From contig OZ024740.1 of NCBI GenBank assembly GCA_964016885.1, positions 110,360,001 to 110,424,000 of the forward strand: a DNA stretch of 64,000 nucleotides, read 5' to 3'. Of the stretch, positions 50,996 through 64,000 are shown one piece after another. Position 1 is the stretch's first letter; each line of letters begins with the position of its first letter. The notes beneath the pieces are model-generated. The model was not told where the DNA came from. It searched no databases and saw nothing but the letters and a program-made list of their open reading frames with translations. A program made the translations under genes and the position numbers. The DNA is from Eledone cirrhosa (Eukaryota).

Positions 50996-51534
50996 TGTTC
51001 ATGGTTGTAGACTGGTGTAATTATTAGTGTGCCGCTGTTTAAGCTAGTGGATTGGTGCAATTGTAAGCGAGTCGGATATGATACATTATGGTATTTATTA
51101 AGACAATTCATGTTTTGAGTTTGCTTGCGACCTCAATTGTGTTAATCTCTATTGACCATCATCTATCCTTTGGTTATGTGGAGAGGGTGTGTTGAATATA
51201 TGGGGGAAAAGTAGTCTTCCACAAAAAAGTAAAAAGTTATTTTTCAGACATGTGTCTTACGAAGAGTCATCCAGGTGTACATACCAATCCATGACCAGCA
51301 GGAAATTAGCATCTACACCTGATAGCAATACACACACACACATATATATATATATATATTGGCTACATCTCGGTTTCGAGAATTGTTATCTCTTGACTGT
51401 TTTCTCATACATGGGTTGCACAAACATCACTTTTTAGATCTTCTAGTGACTTAGATTAACTTAAGTATATACTGCAGCAAATGGAACAAATAAAAGGCCA
51501 TGCTCATACGACACATGTAAAAGACATACAAACA

Positions 51535-51658
<124 letters not shown>

Positions 51659-51967
51659 ATTTGCCTCCATCATGGACTAACCAGCGCTCTTGCCATAATA
51701 GCACTTTTTGAACTGCTTATCCTCAAGAACTATGCCTGTAAATAATATTTTCCTTTCTTTCCCATTACCTTAACGTGTTCCACATCACCCCCTTTTTTTT
51801 CTTTTTTCTTTTTACTTCAAAAACCTTGTAAGTAAATAATATTATTCTTTCTTTCCCATTTCCTTAACATGTTCAACATCACATTATCTTTTCCCCAACA
51901 TTTTATACCAATACAAATTCCCCCCTTTGATAATGCATAAAATGTTGAAACCGGTAATAGACAATTA

Positions 51968-52011
<44 letters not shown>

Positions 52012-52203
52012 ATGCCATTGTTAATTAATAACTAAATTAACTAATACCTTAACACTTCACACAAAGTAAAATATTTTGTTTTAAACATTTTCTAACCCAG
52101 AAAAAAGAGAAAAAAATAAAAGGAAAAAAAAATATTTTTCTTCCTAATAATTGTCTTTTTCTCCCTATTTACACACACACACACACACATACACACATAC
52201 ACA

Positions 52204-52253
<50 letters not shown>

Positions 52254-52391
52254 GATATATGTGTGTGTATCTGTGAGGATGTGTATCTATTCAAGAAAAT
52301 ATATACATACATACACACGCGCACACACACACACACACACACACATCTCACTCTCTCACCCTCTCTTTCTCTCTCTCTCTCTCTCCCTCTT

Positions 52392-52432
<41 letters not shown>

Positions 52433-53355
52433 TATACACACACACACTTATATATATATATATACACACGTCCTCTTAGACTTACATTTTTTTACACATT
52501 TCTTCTTCTTCTTCTTCTTCTTCTTCCTTCCTATCCCATAACTCCATTGCTTTTCCAACCCCTCCATTTTATACCCCTCCATATTCTTCTCCACAATATA
52601 CTGGAGGGCATTCCGGAAAAACTATTGCTATGAATCTGGTTCACTTTAAAAAATCACAGAAAAGATTAGCGTAGCCAGTCGACCAGAGGGTGGTGGTGCT
52701 GGTAGTCGTGATTATGATGGTCGTGGTGGTGGTTTTGTTAGTGGTTGAGAAGTTGCCGGTGATAGTGGTTATATACATATATACACTGTCACTAACACTC
52801 ACATACATTTATAAATAAATAAATAAACATATATAAATATATACACACAAATATATGTGTGTGAGTGTGTGTGTTTGTGTGTGTATGTGTGTGTGTATAT
52901 ATATATATATATGTATGGGTTAAAAGCACTGGTGGTGTTTGTGCACGTTGAGGCGAGTGAGAAACATCTTGTGGGGAGTGAATTGTCGCCGGGGTCCGCT
53001 CCTATTACACTTTCTTTGCGCTCCAGGGCTAAATCTATTCAAGATGAACGCCATCATAAAGAGGTGTCGCACCATACAGTCACTGACGAGGCTGAGGACG
53101 TCAGCAGAGACAGGCGAACGGACGGACGGCCAGAGATATATATATATATATATATATAGATAAATAGATAGATAGATTGATAGATAGATTAATAGATAGA
53201 AATATAGAAAGATAGAGATAGGTAGATAGATTGATAGATATATAGATAAGTAGATAGATAGATAGATATAGATGGTGTGTGAGGGAAATGACAGAACGAA
53301 TATATTGTTGTATGTGTAAGTGCATATGTCCATATATACATATATATATATATGA

Positions 53356-53435
<80 letters not shown>

Positions 53436-53650
53436 TAAAAATCCATGTCAATTCTTTAGAAACAAAGTGTAAAAGTCAACACTTCTCATATCTGTCATTT
53501 ATATTTTCAATCATACTCTTATATATGTAAATATGTATGAAAGGATATATATATATTTATGCATATATACATATATTTACAAATGTATATGCATGTATAT
53601 ATATATTTATATGCATATATATGCATGTATGCATGTATGCACACACACAC

Positions 53651-53744
<94 letters not shown>

Positions 53745-54885
53745 CTATATTTACACATTCAACTGCACACTAGAAGTCTTAATGTTCATGAAAATATGAT
53801 TGTTTTCGAAATATAAAGACATATTTCTTGGTAAAGCAAATCCATTGTGTATGAAGTAACATTTTTAACCTGTTTACATTTGATAAAATGATGACTTATG
53901 AAAAAAAAACGAAGATAAAATAAACACTTTTTAAGCTAAGCGAGACTTGACATGACGAGCTCAGATTAGGAGTATTTCTACCGACTGGGCTAACCGCCAC
54001 TTAGACGAAGAAGAGCATATTCGATTTAAGATTCTCATAACCATTTTCTTTGCTAAAATTTTCAACGTATCAAATATATCGGGCCATGGTCAATTTTTGG
54101 TTAGTTTATTCAGAAATACAATCCAGTAGACATGAAATAGTCAGCGTGAACAAAAGTAAAATATATCTGACATAGGACAATTCGTTTAACCATACATGCT
54201 ATGAATACTTCCGATTGACATCCCTACACGCAAACCCACTAACTGATTTTTTTTGAAATTTCTAAAGCAGATGTGCATCTCCGTGTCCAAGGCTGGGTTA
54301 GAACAACCAACCTCTCAGTTAACAACCAAACGTGGTAACATCTTATAGTTATGTATCTGATATATGCATTTTCGTTCAGATTTACACAATACTGCCATAA
54401 ATATATATGTAAGAACTATATTAGAATCATCTTTCAAATATACGAATATCAACAATATATATAGATATAGGTTTAAAATCAACAAAACATACATATATAC
54501 TGTATAGAAAATATTATAGTAAAATATACTTGGAATATGTAACATGGAAGATTTTCCTCAAAACATTCATTAGTGATGATACGTTAAATATATATATATG
54601 TAATAACTAACAAATAGTTATCGCTCTACATGGCTGAATACAATAAATGTAATCTGAGTTTTTCGAATATTAATAATAATATTCGATTCGTTTTCAATTA
54701 TGCAAACAGCCTCTTTTTAAAGCCATGTCAGTAGAATGAGGCCCTCATTCTTGCTCTTGTGTTGACATGTAAACAGAACTGCAGACACTAATGTTTCTTG
54801 GTGATTACCCTTCATCAGTGCAGTTTACTGCTCACTTGCCAACTGTCAGAGCTAGTGAAAATATATATTTTCTGAAATATACAGT

Positions 54886-54992
54886 GACTGATCGGCCTGA
54901 TTTGCATATTAGCAGACTGGCTGATGAGTCAGATCTGCATATTAGCAGATCCGCTGATCAGCCAGATTTGCATATCAGCAGATAAGCCAGTC
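54886..54992. repeat. 33-bp tandem repeat x3 with octamer ATTTGCAT (exact in two units)
   Basis: Direct reading. Confidence 0.7.
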
Positions 54993-55206
54993 AGTTTCAT
55001 GTATACGAGCGATTAATGGCCGGCTTTGCCATATTCAAATAACTAACAAATGTCCTAAGTTTAATCCCAGCTCTCGGTATTCATGCGTGTATATTACGCC
55101 AAATGTTTTTATTGATTTAAATAGAAATCTCTACTTTTATCATTTAAATTTGTCGGCGAGGTTGCATTTATCGACCATCAAAGCATGTATCTGATCTTTC
55201 GAAAGA

Positions 55207-55238
<32 letters not shown>

Positions 55239-55239
55239 A

Positions 55240-55275
<36 letters not shown>

Positions 55276-55329
55276 ATTTAAAACTGCACTATCCACAAGT
55301 GTTTTTTAGCCTTCATATCATGTTCTCCT

Positions 55330-55398
55330 GTTTTATCTGATGAAAACACAAATATTATTGCATGATGATGTTTGTTTTTGAAATGCGCATAATAAAAT
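55330..55398 (+). ncRNA. Minimal type I hammerhead ribozyme motif
   Basis: GUUUUAU-CUGAUGA-[16-position helix II, one mismatch, GCAU loop]-GAAA-UGCGCA-UA/AUAAAAU; palindromic helix III. Confidence 0.85.
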
Positions 55399-55429
55399 AC
55401 ATGGAACTCCTTTAACCATCTTTTGATCT

Positions 55430-55506
<77 letters not shown>

Positions 55507-56053
55507 TTGACATATATATATATCATAATCTATAAAGCTCAGTGTGTGGTCATGCTCCTTTCTTATAGAAATCTACGATATAGAATTTCTTCAATTGAAA
55601 TTTACAATTCAGTATTCGAAATAGTTTTGATTGCGTCTTGGCACATCTCATTTTTTCAATTTCACCCACAATTACGCAAAAAATAGATAAAACTCAATAT
55701 TTTACGATTTTTCTCTGTCATTTAAACTGCTAAACTCTTTCCACTACCATTCAAAATCTATACAACTTCATACTTTCTGCTACTTTCTCTTTCCAAGCTT
55801 TATGGTGATACTGTCCGTTTTACTCTCTCATATCATCTTCTTTTACCTCTATCTACAACCCACACATTTTGCTACTTTCTCTTTTATACTTCAAATTATT
55901 ACATTTCATACGAAACGACAATTATTCAAAAGCAACAGATACATTTATTCAACAACAAGCGATAAATCTTTTTTAAAACCTCTTTTCCAAACGCATACAA
56001 ACACACACTCACTTCAACAACAACAATCTGACTTTTATAGATAATGATAAACA

Positions 56054-56421
56054 ATATCTTCTATGAGGTCACTAAACCTGCTAGAAACAGCAGCTAACTC
56101 TCCCCCATATCACACCACTCTCTACTGTCTTAAATTTAGAAAACACATATCCTCTATGAGGTTACTAAACCTGCTAGAAACAGCAGCTAACTCACTCCCA
56201 TATCACACCCATCCCTACTGTCTTAAATTTAGAAAACATATCTTCTATGAGGTCACTAAACCTGCTAGAAACAGCAGCTAACTCTCCTTCATATCACACC
56301 ACTCCCTACTGTCTTAAATTTAGAAAACACATATCCTCTATGAGGTCACTAAACCTGCTAGAAACAACAGCTAACTCTCCCTCATATCACAACCCTCCCT
56401 ACTGTCTTAAATTCAGAAAAC
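56054..56421. repeat. ~92-bp tandem repeat x4
   Basis: 'ctatgaggtcactaaacctgctagaaacagcagctaactc...ctactgtcttaaatttagaaaac' four times. Confidence 0.9.
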
Positions 56422-56632
56422 ACACAGACAACCATGCAGAACAACTCCATCGCAGCTCTGTTGTTCGGCTGGCATCGTCTACGCGCGTGTTGCGCAAGTA
56501 CTGTGAAACAATAAATTTCAACACTTTTTTGCACAAAGATAATATCCATAGGCGAAACTACAATTATCACTGCAAAAAGTGCTGCCATAAAATGGCTGGT
56601 GCAACCTAACTTTGGTAACTTAATGACCCCGA

Positions 56633-56677
<45 letters not shown>

Positions 56678-56799
56678 ATGATTAAGTATCGAGAGAGAGA
56701 AGAGAATGGAAAGAGGTCGATACATATATCTAGTTGCGAATAGTTTATGAATGTGTGCTCAATACTCGTGCCTACAGGGTTAAATATTATATGCGTCAA

Positions 56800-59175
56800 T
56801 ATTTAGTGGGTGAGAAAAAATGATAAGCAGAGCGATTATAAATGAAGTGAATACAAAGAGTTTTAAACCGTTAAAACATGTTTATATAATTATGCACCTA
56901 CGTAAATTTCGCCCTTAGCGGGCTTATCAAGGGCTTGGAAAGCAAAAGAAAGTTCAATATAGGTCCCGGAAGTAAATTTACGATTACATTGAAATCCTCA
57001 TTCATTTTCTCCGTGCATATGTTTTTATTATCACACAGCAGGGGGAGTAACTCTGGCCGGTGTTTAAGCAATCTGTCCCATGTGGATTTTAGTGCCTGGT
57101 GTTTAGCATTATTATGTTATGTGTATTGTTTCACTATTGCCAGTACAGGTCAGGTCTCTAGTGTCCTTTTATTATTTAGTGGATGTTGCTTCACTAATGT
57201 TTGTTCGAGTATGATCAGCTGTGTACATTAGGTTCACATATGTTTGTTCATACTGCGTGCCCACCGGGGTGTTATGGTTCGGGCGGGTGGACCGAGTTCG
57301 TAGTTTTCATGCCACAGTCGCCTCCCAGGCAAAACACGACGCCTGTACTCGGTGTTTACAATTAATAACCGACTCTGCTCGGTTGTTTAAGAGCTCCTGG
57401 GGTGTTCTTATGATGTAGTATAGCTCCAAGAGTAGAGCTGGCATTTCCTCCTGAAGTTGTAGGGTGCAGCCCTACTGACAATATCCCAGTGCGTGGAGAC
57501 GCTTATGTTGGCGTCTTGCAATGTGGTGACGTAGTTGGCAAGCGATGTGGAGTGTCTTAATTTTTTGTTCCTGAAAGAGTGCAGATGCGTCCTAAATCTC
57601 GTTTTAAACTGGCCGGAGATGGCTCCTATATAGTGTTTAACTCCGCTATGGCTAGTCACGGCGAACCTATAAATAACCTTATCAGTCAGGCAGTTTCCCC
57701 TGAGAGGGCAGCCTCCCCTATCACGACAGTTGCATTTTCCGTCACGGTCGCTCCTATTTCCCAAAGTAAAGCTATTACTATTGCTATCTATGTTGTTATC
57801 TATGTCTCTAACTCCGTCGTTGGTACTGTTATCTCTTAAGGCGTGCGGTGTTGTACCATTATTATTCCGCACGCCGCAGCCCGTTCTGCTGCCGGTGGGT
57901 GTGTCGCCTGTATATTTTCCAATCACGCCCCAGTTACGTGGGTTTCGCTGCCGGGGTGGCCATCCACCCTATTTGGTGCTGTTAGGGGGATGTTATGGCT
58001 ATTATTGTTATTGTCATGTCTAGATGTATCTGTGCTAAGGTGTAGTGCTTTGTTAATCTTACTGTGATTGGTTGCTCCTATGATGTCGGGTAGATTTGGG
58101 GTGGTAGAGAAGGATATTTTGATATTGTTCCTGTTAAGTATTTTTCTGTATTTATGATTAGGTGGGAAATTCCTCTCCAAGGCTTCGAAGAATGTCCTTG
58201 GTACATCGGAGGCCACACTCAGAGAGTGGGGTGGTGGTGGTGGTGGTGGAACCATATGATATTACGGTGGCGTTTCCGATTTACAGTTGGTTTGCTACAG
58301 GTTGAGCTTCTTAGTTGACAGTGCTTACGGTTGTTCCTGTGCTGTAGCCGGTTATTCGTCCCCATTACTTTATGTTCAGGTGGGGCGCCTTACCTCTGTA
58401 CTTTCTATGTGTGGCTGGGCGCGGGTTGGAGGGTGTTGGTAATAGGCCGCCGCAGTTACTGATCTTATAGTTAGAGAATAACTTTAATAGGCTGCTGCGT
58501 GTGGGGCTACCTATCGGGTAACACTTACCATACTGTCGGTTGTCTTGGTCGCCACTCATGTAATTAACGGTGTGGCCAAGTTTCTTAATGTGGTTTTCTG
58601 TACTAAAGTTCTTGACGCTGTCATGGCTGTAGCGTGCACTGTTATAGGTATGGCTCACTATAACATTATTCCTACGTTGGGGTTGGTTTCTAGAGCTAGC
58701 ATTAAGGATGTAGGATATTTTTCGGTTAAAACCGGCATTTAGTAAAGCCTTATTATAATATTCAGCCGCCTGGTTGAAGATATCTTCATTGGCGGAGAAC
58801 CTCGAGATCCTATGGGATATGCTATATACCATGGAGTTGAGGGTAAACTTAGGGTGGTTAGAAGCATAGTTTATATAGGAGCGGATCTCAGCGGGCTTAT
58901 GGTATGGCTTGTATAGGCCCGTACTCAACTCCACGGTTACATCAAGGAAGTTGACAATTTGGTAGTTGAGGTCCATGGTCACTGATAGGCCATATGTCTT
59001 AAAGAACGTGTGTATGCGCTTGTTAAGGTTCTCTATCCTACGGGGGCTGTGGTTTCGCACGGTAAACAGGGCATCGTCCCTATATACACCGCCCTGTAGG
59101 GCCGGTATCTCGTCCCTAATTCTATGGAGGAGGTGTATCCCGACCAGGTCGGTTACTTGCGCCGAGTCATTTTCC
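56800..59175 (-). mobile_element. 5'-truncated Penelope-like element (RT C-terminal half, GIY-YIG, pLTR)
   Basis: [24 protein letters not shown]; CNCR..CPLRGNCL..VIY..HYIG..FKTRF..H GIY-YIG; abuts (TA)n at 59178; 3' boundary approximate. Confidence 0.87.
56894..56934 (-). ncRNA. Hammerhead motif with U3-A8 core in the Penelope pLTR
   Basis: GCCC-UUGAUAA-GCCC(GCUAA)GGGC-GAAA-UUUACG-UA/GGUGC. Confidence 0.62.
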
Positions 59176-59189
59176 TAATATATATACAT

Positions 59190-59262
<73 letters not shown>

Positions 59263-59263
59263 T

Positions 59264-59330
<67 letters not shown>

Positions 59331-59356
59331 TATATATATATATGTATATATATATA

Positions 59357-59952
59357 GTTGGTGCTACTGGTAACATGTATCCCAGTACAACCTGTCCCAT
59401 GGTCGGGTCGTTGGCGCCTAAACTGGCAAGCCCACCAAGGTTTCTTGGTGAGGAGGGTGACTTTGGACATCCTGCAGGACTAAAAACAAAACCTGTCAAA
59501 GGGCAAAGGAGCTCTAAAGAGTCAATGGTCATCCAAAATCACCGGGAGAGATGACCCCTTAGCCTTTGTCAAGGCAGAATTCTAGGAGAAGGAAAACTCT
59601 GATTTAACACCTGCAACCCTGATGGTATCCAATGATGTTGACTTGTTATTCTTTTTGGTAAATATCATCTTGGTTAAGAGAGTGGGACTGGCTTTGTGCA
59701 GTGCCTTTGCTCACTATAAAAGCTTCACGGCACAGGCATTGCTTTATATCTGGAGATCTCTCTGCACTTGTCGTCACATGGTACCATGGGCCCAGCACTA
59801 TGTGTCAATAATTGTCACAAGTGTAGTGTTTGTACCAGAGTTTTCAAGTCGCTGGCTGGACTAAAAAGTCACATTCGTTCAGCGCATCGGTAGGGGTTCT
59901 CCTACATGGATATAAAGTAGTGGCCGTACTCGAAAACGAGTTGGTAGCCACC
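59357..59952 (+). mobile_element. Possible RTE-type 5'UTR or derived repeat
   Basis: 'ctaggagaaggaaaactctgatt' resembles RTE 5'UTR motifs from memory; flanked by (TA)n; no ORF support. Confidence 0.3.
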
Positions 59953-59966
59953 ATATATATATATAT

Positions 59967-60124
59967 ATAGGAAAATGTTAGACCCCCACGGCAGAGCTCA
60001 AGCCGTTTCGACGGCTATTTCAGGACGGCTTGAGCTCTGCGGTCGGGGTCTAACATTTTCCTATTACCCACTCTGCTACCCTAAGTATTGAGTACTCTGA
60101 TGCGTTATGGTCCATCTGGTTCCT
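59967..60124. repeat. Hairpin-plus-tail family, copy 2 (opposite orientation, internal deletion)
   Basis: Homologous to 46624-46788. Confidence 0.85.
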
Positions 60125-60187
60125 ATATATATATAGATATACCGTATTTTACGTATTTCATGTTCGCGTAAAAATCGAACAGACTAT

Positions 60188-60823
60188 AAAGATTCGATTT
60201 TACTAAGCCTCCAATTATATTATTTTCTCCTAGATTTAATAATTAGCTAATTAATTTAATTAGACAATTCTGTTGATTGGTTAATTATTTGTGTTTGTTT
60301 AATAACATCTGGTCGAGAGCTTATTCTGAAAGTTAGCGTAAATTATAATATTTCCTTTGTCTAACACTTTGAATGACCCGCCAAAAACCGGGGGTTATTT
60401 CCCTTGTTGAAAATAACACGTGACAACTAAATGTCCGATTCGCTGCTGCTAGCTGCAACATTTAGTATCTCGCCCCGTTCTTTGGTAGAACGAAATCCTG
60501 TTGATGAACTGAATCCTCTGTTCAATCATGAATATCACGAGCTTGCCAGTTACGTCAGCTGATATTTGATTTCGGATTCATTGAAACACTTTAAATGTAT
60601 AACGTTTGATTTGTCCAGGTGTATGTTTTCTCAACCTGTTAGTTCTTTCGTTACTTTGGTATTGTGTGTTAGATTTTGCCTACCACAATGTTCAATTTGT
60701 CAAGCTATTTAAACGTATGTTATTACTCTAAGGACCTACCTTGTCGAGTGCTTTGCTAACTCATTCATATAGTAGGTCGAATTTGCTTGCACACCGCCAA
60801 AGATTCGATTTTACTAAGCCTCC

Positions 60824-60831
<8 letters not shown>
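60188..60831 (+). repeat. Terminally redundant ~610-bp element (33-bp direct repeat)
   Basis: 'aaagattcgattttactaagcctccaattatat' at ~60188 and ~60799. Confidence 0.7.
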
Positions 60832-60876
<45 letters not shown>

Positions 60877-60879
<3 letters not shown>

Positions 60880-61945
60880 GGAAAAAATGAAACGAAATTT
60901 CATTTCTCACTCTTAGTACGGCTGTTACTTAAATATAAGTATGTATACGTACATACATATATGTATACAGGCGTATGTATATATATATATACATACATGC
61001 ACATATATATATATATGTACGTATGGATTCACCGAACATTTATTATAATGCTCGGTGTGTTTGTAAACAAACAACCCGAATTACGCCGTACAGTGTCTAG
61101 CAACCATCGTTGCTAATTTGTTCAACACTGACAAAGGAATGCTGTACTAGTTTCAAGCATATTAGCTATCATCAGCAACGTATACCTTCCTGCCAGATGA
61201 TTGAACGTCTGAAAGTATATACTTTCCTTATGCATATTAACGGCTGAGCAACCTAATTTGCATATCGAGTGAGTTAATCGGCCGGGGTACCGAAAACGAT
61301 AAACGGAAAAAATGAAACGGCTGTTACTTAAATATAAGTATGTATACGTACATACATATATGTATACAGACGTACAGTAGTATGTATATATATTTACAAA
61401 CATACCGAGCATTATAATAAATGTTCGGTGAATCCATACGTACATATATATATGTGTGTATGTATGTATATATACATACTACTGTACGTCTGTATACATA
61501 TATGTATGTACGTATACATACTTATATTTAAGTAACAGCCGTACTAAGAGTGAGAAATGAAATTTCGTTTCATTTTTTCCGTTTATCGTTTTCGGTACCC
61601 CGGCCGATTAACTCACTCGATATGCAAATTAGGCTGCTCAACCGTTAATATGCATAAGGAAAGTATATACTTTCAGACGTTCAATCATCTGGCAGGAAGG
61701 TATACGTTGCTGACGATAGCTTGAAATTAGTACAGCGTTCCTTTGTCAGTGTTGGACAAATGAGCAACGATGGTTGCTAGACACTGTACGGCTTAATTCG
61801 GGTTGTTTGTTTACAAACACACCGAGCATTATAATAAACCTTCGGCGTCTCCATACGTACATATATATATGTGTGCATGTATGTATATATATATACATAC
61901 TACTGTACGTCTGTATACATATATATATGTACGTATACATATATA
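60877..61945. mobile_element. Retrozyme-like ~420-bp HHR repeat: ~1.2 units on minus strand joined back-to-back to ~1.3 units on plus strand
   Basis: 'aaacggaaaaaatgaaacg' at 60877 and 61301; 'tttacaaaca' at 61392 and 61810; HHR motifs at 61140-61181 (-) and 61704-61738 (+). Confidence 0.78.
61140..61181 (-). ncRNA. Minimal type I hammerhead ribozyme motif
   Basis: CGUUG-CUGAUGA-UAGC(UAAUAU)GCUU-GAAA-CUAG-UA/CAGCA; palindromic CUAG helix III. Confidence 0.75.
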
Positions 61946-61963
61946 TTTATATATATATATATA

Positions 61964-62156
61964 GCGAGGGAAAAGTGGTAAGGAACCAGGTGGACCATAA
62001 CGCACCAAAGTACTCAATACTTAGGGTAGTAGAGTGGGTAATAGGAGTAAGTAAGACCCCGACGGCTGAGCTCAAGCCATTTCGACGGCTAATTCTGTAC
62101 AGAATTAGCCGTCGAAACGGCTTGAGCTCAGCCGTCGGGGTCTTACTTACTCCTAT
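61964..62156. repeat. Hairpin-plus-tail family, copy 3
   Basis: 58-bp arms 62041-62098 and 62099-62156, no loop. Confidence 0.88.
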
Positions 62157-62805
62157 ATATATATATATATATACGAATTGGCCTTAACGCCTCTTGAAAA
62201 AATATTATTGAATATTCACTTTGCACGAATAACGCGTTATAACACATGCGGTTTTTAATTTTCTTATTTATAGAAAAAAAAAGACTTGAATTACGCGAAT
62301 TTGCTTTACGCACCGCGTTCACGAACGCATCTTCGCGTATATATATATATTATCCGACCTATTTTAGCTATATGCACACGTTTTAACATACATACGTATA
62401 TTATTAATAAAAATAAGATTATTATGACAATGTAGAGTAAATAAAACAAATCAAGATAGATAGAAAATATAGTTATTTATGATTAGTCAACTAATCTTTT
62501 ACCTGAAAACAATTTACACTTGAGTTTCACTAGGATTTCCTTCTTCGACATGAGTATATTTAGATAAATAATTGTACAATCCTATTGCAGCTATAGTAAA
62601 ATATCTTGTTGGGGACATGTTATGGCTTTGTAAACTCGCATAACATTTTGTTTTGCTATGAGCTTAACAGGGAAAATAAGAAACGAACATGAAATAAAAA
62701 AAAAGAAATGCCTTATATTTGTTTCGAAATGTACAGTATAGGGAAACATATTATAAGATTCGATAAAATGATGAGCTGCTGCTCTTGCTGCTGCTGCTTC
62801 TGCTG

Positions 62806-62869
<64 letters not shown>

Positions 62870-63200
62870 CAGCATTACACCACATAAATAGACTTTGGTA
62901 AACCCACAATCTGCTTAAAGGTAAGGCACCACTTGTAGTGTTAATCTCTCTTTTGAAGCTCATCTCTATTAAAGCTATATTCTCTCTTCCTAAAGAGGGG
63001 CTGTAATTGAACTCAGTGCTGCAAGCTTGCAGGAACACTCGACAACATTACAGTGCTACCATTGCATCAATTAGTGAATTTACATACTCTCCACCTGGAA
63101 GGAATGGGGCTTTTAAATGTTGAGTCTTATCTAGGACACATTGTGTGAGTGTGTATGTATATGTGCATGTCTGCGTATGTGTTAGTGTGTGTGTGTGTGT

Positions 63201-63292
<92 letters not shown>

Positions 63293-63844
63293 TCTCCGTC
63301 GGTTCCAACGACAAGTGTTTGAATTGTTCAAACAAGGGAACATTCAGCTTGTGAAAGTAATGAGCAAGTGGGTAAGCATTCATTCCACAGACATGTTTAT
63401 TCTTAACGTAGTTCTCATAGAGATTCAGAATGACAGTTTGTGACAAGACTCGCTATTTGTCCATATAGATACAACTAATTTGTTGTAGATAACTGATGCA
63501 ACGGGAAATAAAGTGTGTTGCTAAAGGATACAACATCTAATCTTATCTAATCTGGCCGAGTTGACACTCGCAAATAAGAACCAGGGCCGCCCCTAGAAGC
63601 ATTGGATTTGGTGTACTTCATATTTTTTACGGTTGCTGAATATAATCAGGGGTCGTTGCTTCACCTGAAGGTCAATAGTTCTATTCTAACTCGAGCGGGA
63701 GCGCCTTTCCAATGTCAATTTGCATTGATCATCTGCAAAGCCACATTGTTCTCAGAACCACTACACCAGTCTTTCGATGCGTTCAGCTGGAACTACTGTC
63801 AGCCATTGATTTGGCAGGATCGCAACTCATTTCAACAGCTCAGT

Positions 63845-63985
63845 AAACTGGAGCAACGTGCTCCAGTTCACAACGTCTTCCAGTTCTTGCTCAAGGACAC
63901 AACACATCACCCTGTCTGAGAATCGAACTCACAACCTTTCGTTTGCAAGCCCAATGCTCTAACGACTAAGCCATGCGCCTTCACC
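63845..63985 (-). mobile_element. tRNA-derived SINE head
   Basis: Minus strand GGCGCATGGCTTAGTCGTTAGAGC...GAGTTCGATTC (A and B boxes); no full cloverleaf. Confidence 0.65.
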
Positions 63986-64000
63986 ATACAACAAACAGTC

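Noticed and set aside
53077-53125. CTGACGA-G-GCTGA(GGACG)TCAGC-A-GAGA, HHR-like
   Set aside because: GAAA, the cleavage triplet and helix I are not intact; at best a decayed remnant
54918-54935. CTGATGAG in the 33-bp repeat
   Set aside because: No downstream GAAA; other units read CTGATC
63900-63985. Possible tRNA gene
   Set aside because: A and B boxes are present but no consistent cloverleaf; continues into a SINE body

Overview
AT-rich eukaryotic, microsatellite-dense genomic DNA. Inferred to be a cephalopod (Octopus-like) from the SINE cores and repeat make-up. No host exon could be supported; most ORF-track entries are translations of microsatellites or antisense shadows of transposons. 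From 3 to 20 kb, four R4/Dong-type RLE retrotransposon copies (two families) and an oppositely oriented Tx1/L1 element are bounded by (TAA)n tracts. A second Tx1 element sits in (TCTA)n (29.8-35.8 kb). The window also holds a decayed Helitron (35.9-39.3 kb), a non-autonomous Helitron, two decayed Penelope-like elements, MITEs, SINEs and minisatellites. The most interesting signal is a set of small (TA)n-inserted modules carrying hand-folded minimal type I hammerhead ribozyme (HHR) motifs. They include near-perfect fold-back palindromes with an HHR in each arm, three hairpins apparently folded back at HHR helix II with copy-specific changes mirrored in both arms, a ~420-bp retrozyme-like tandem/inverted repeat, and U3-A8 core variants. 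All folds and alignments were done by eye and none was computed or tested.
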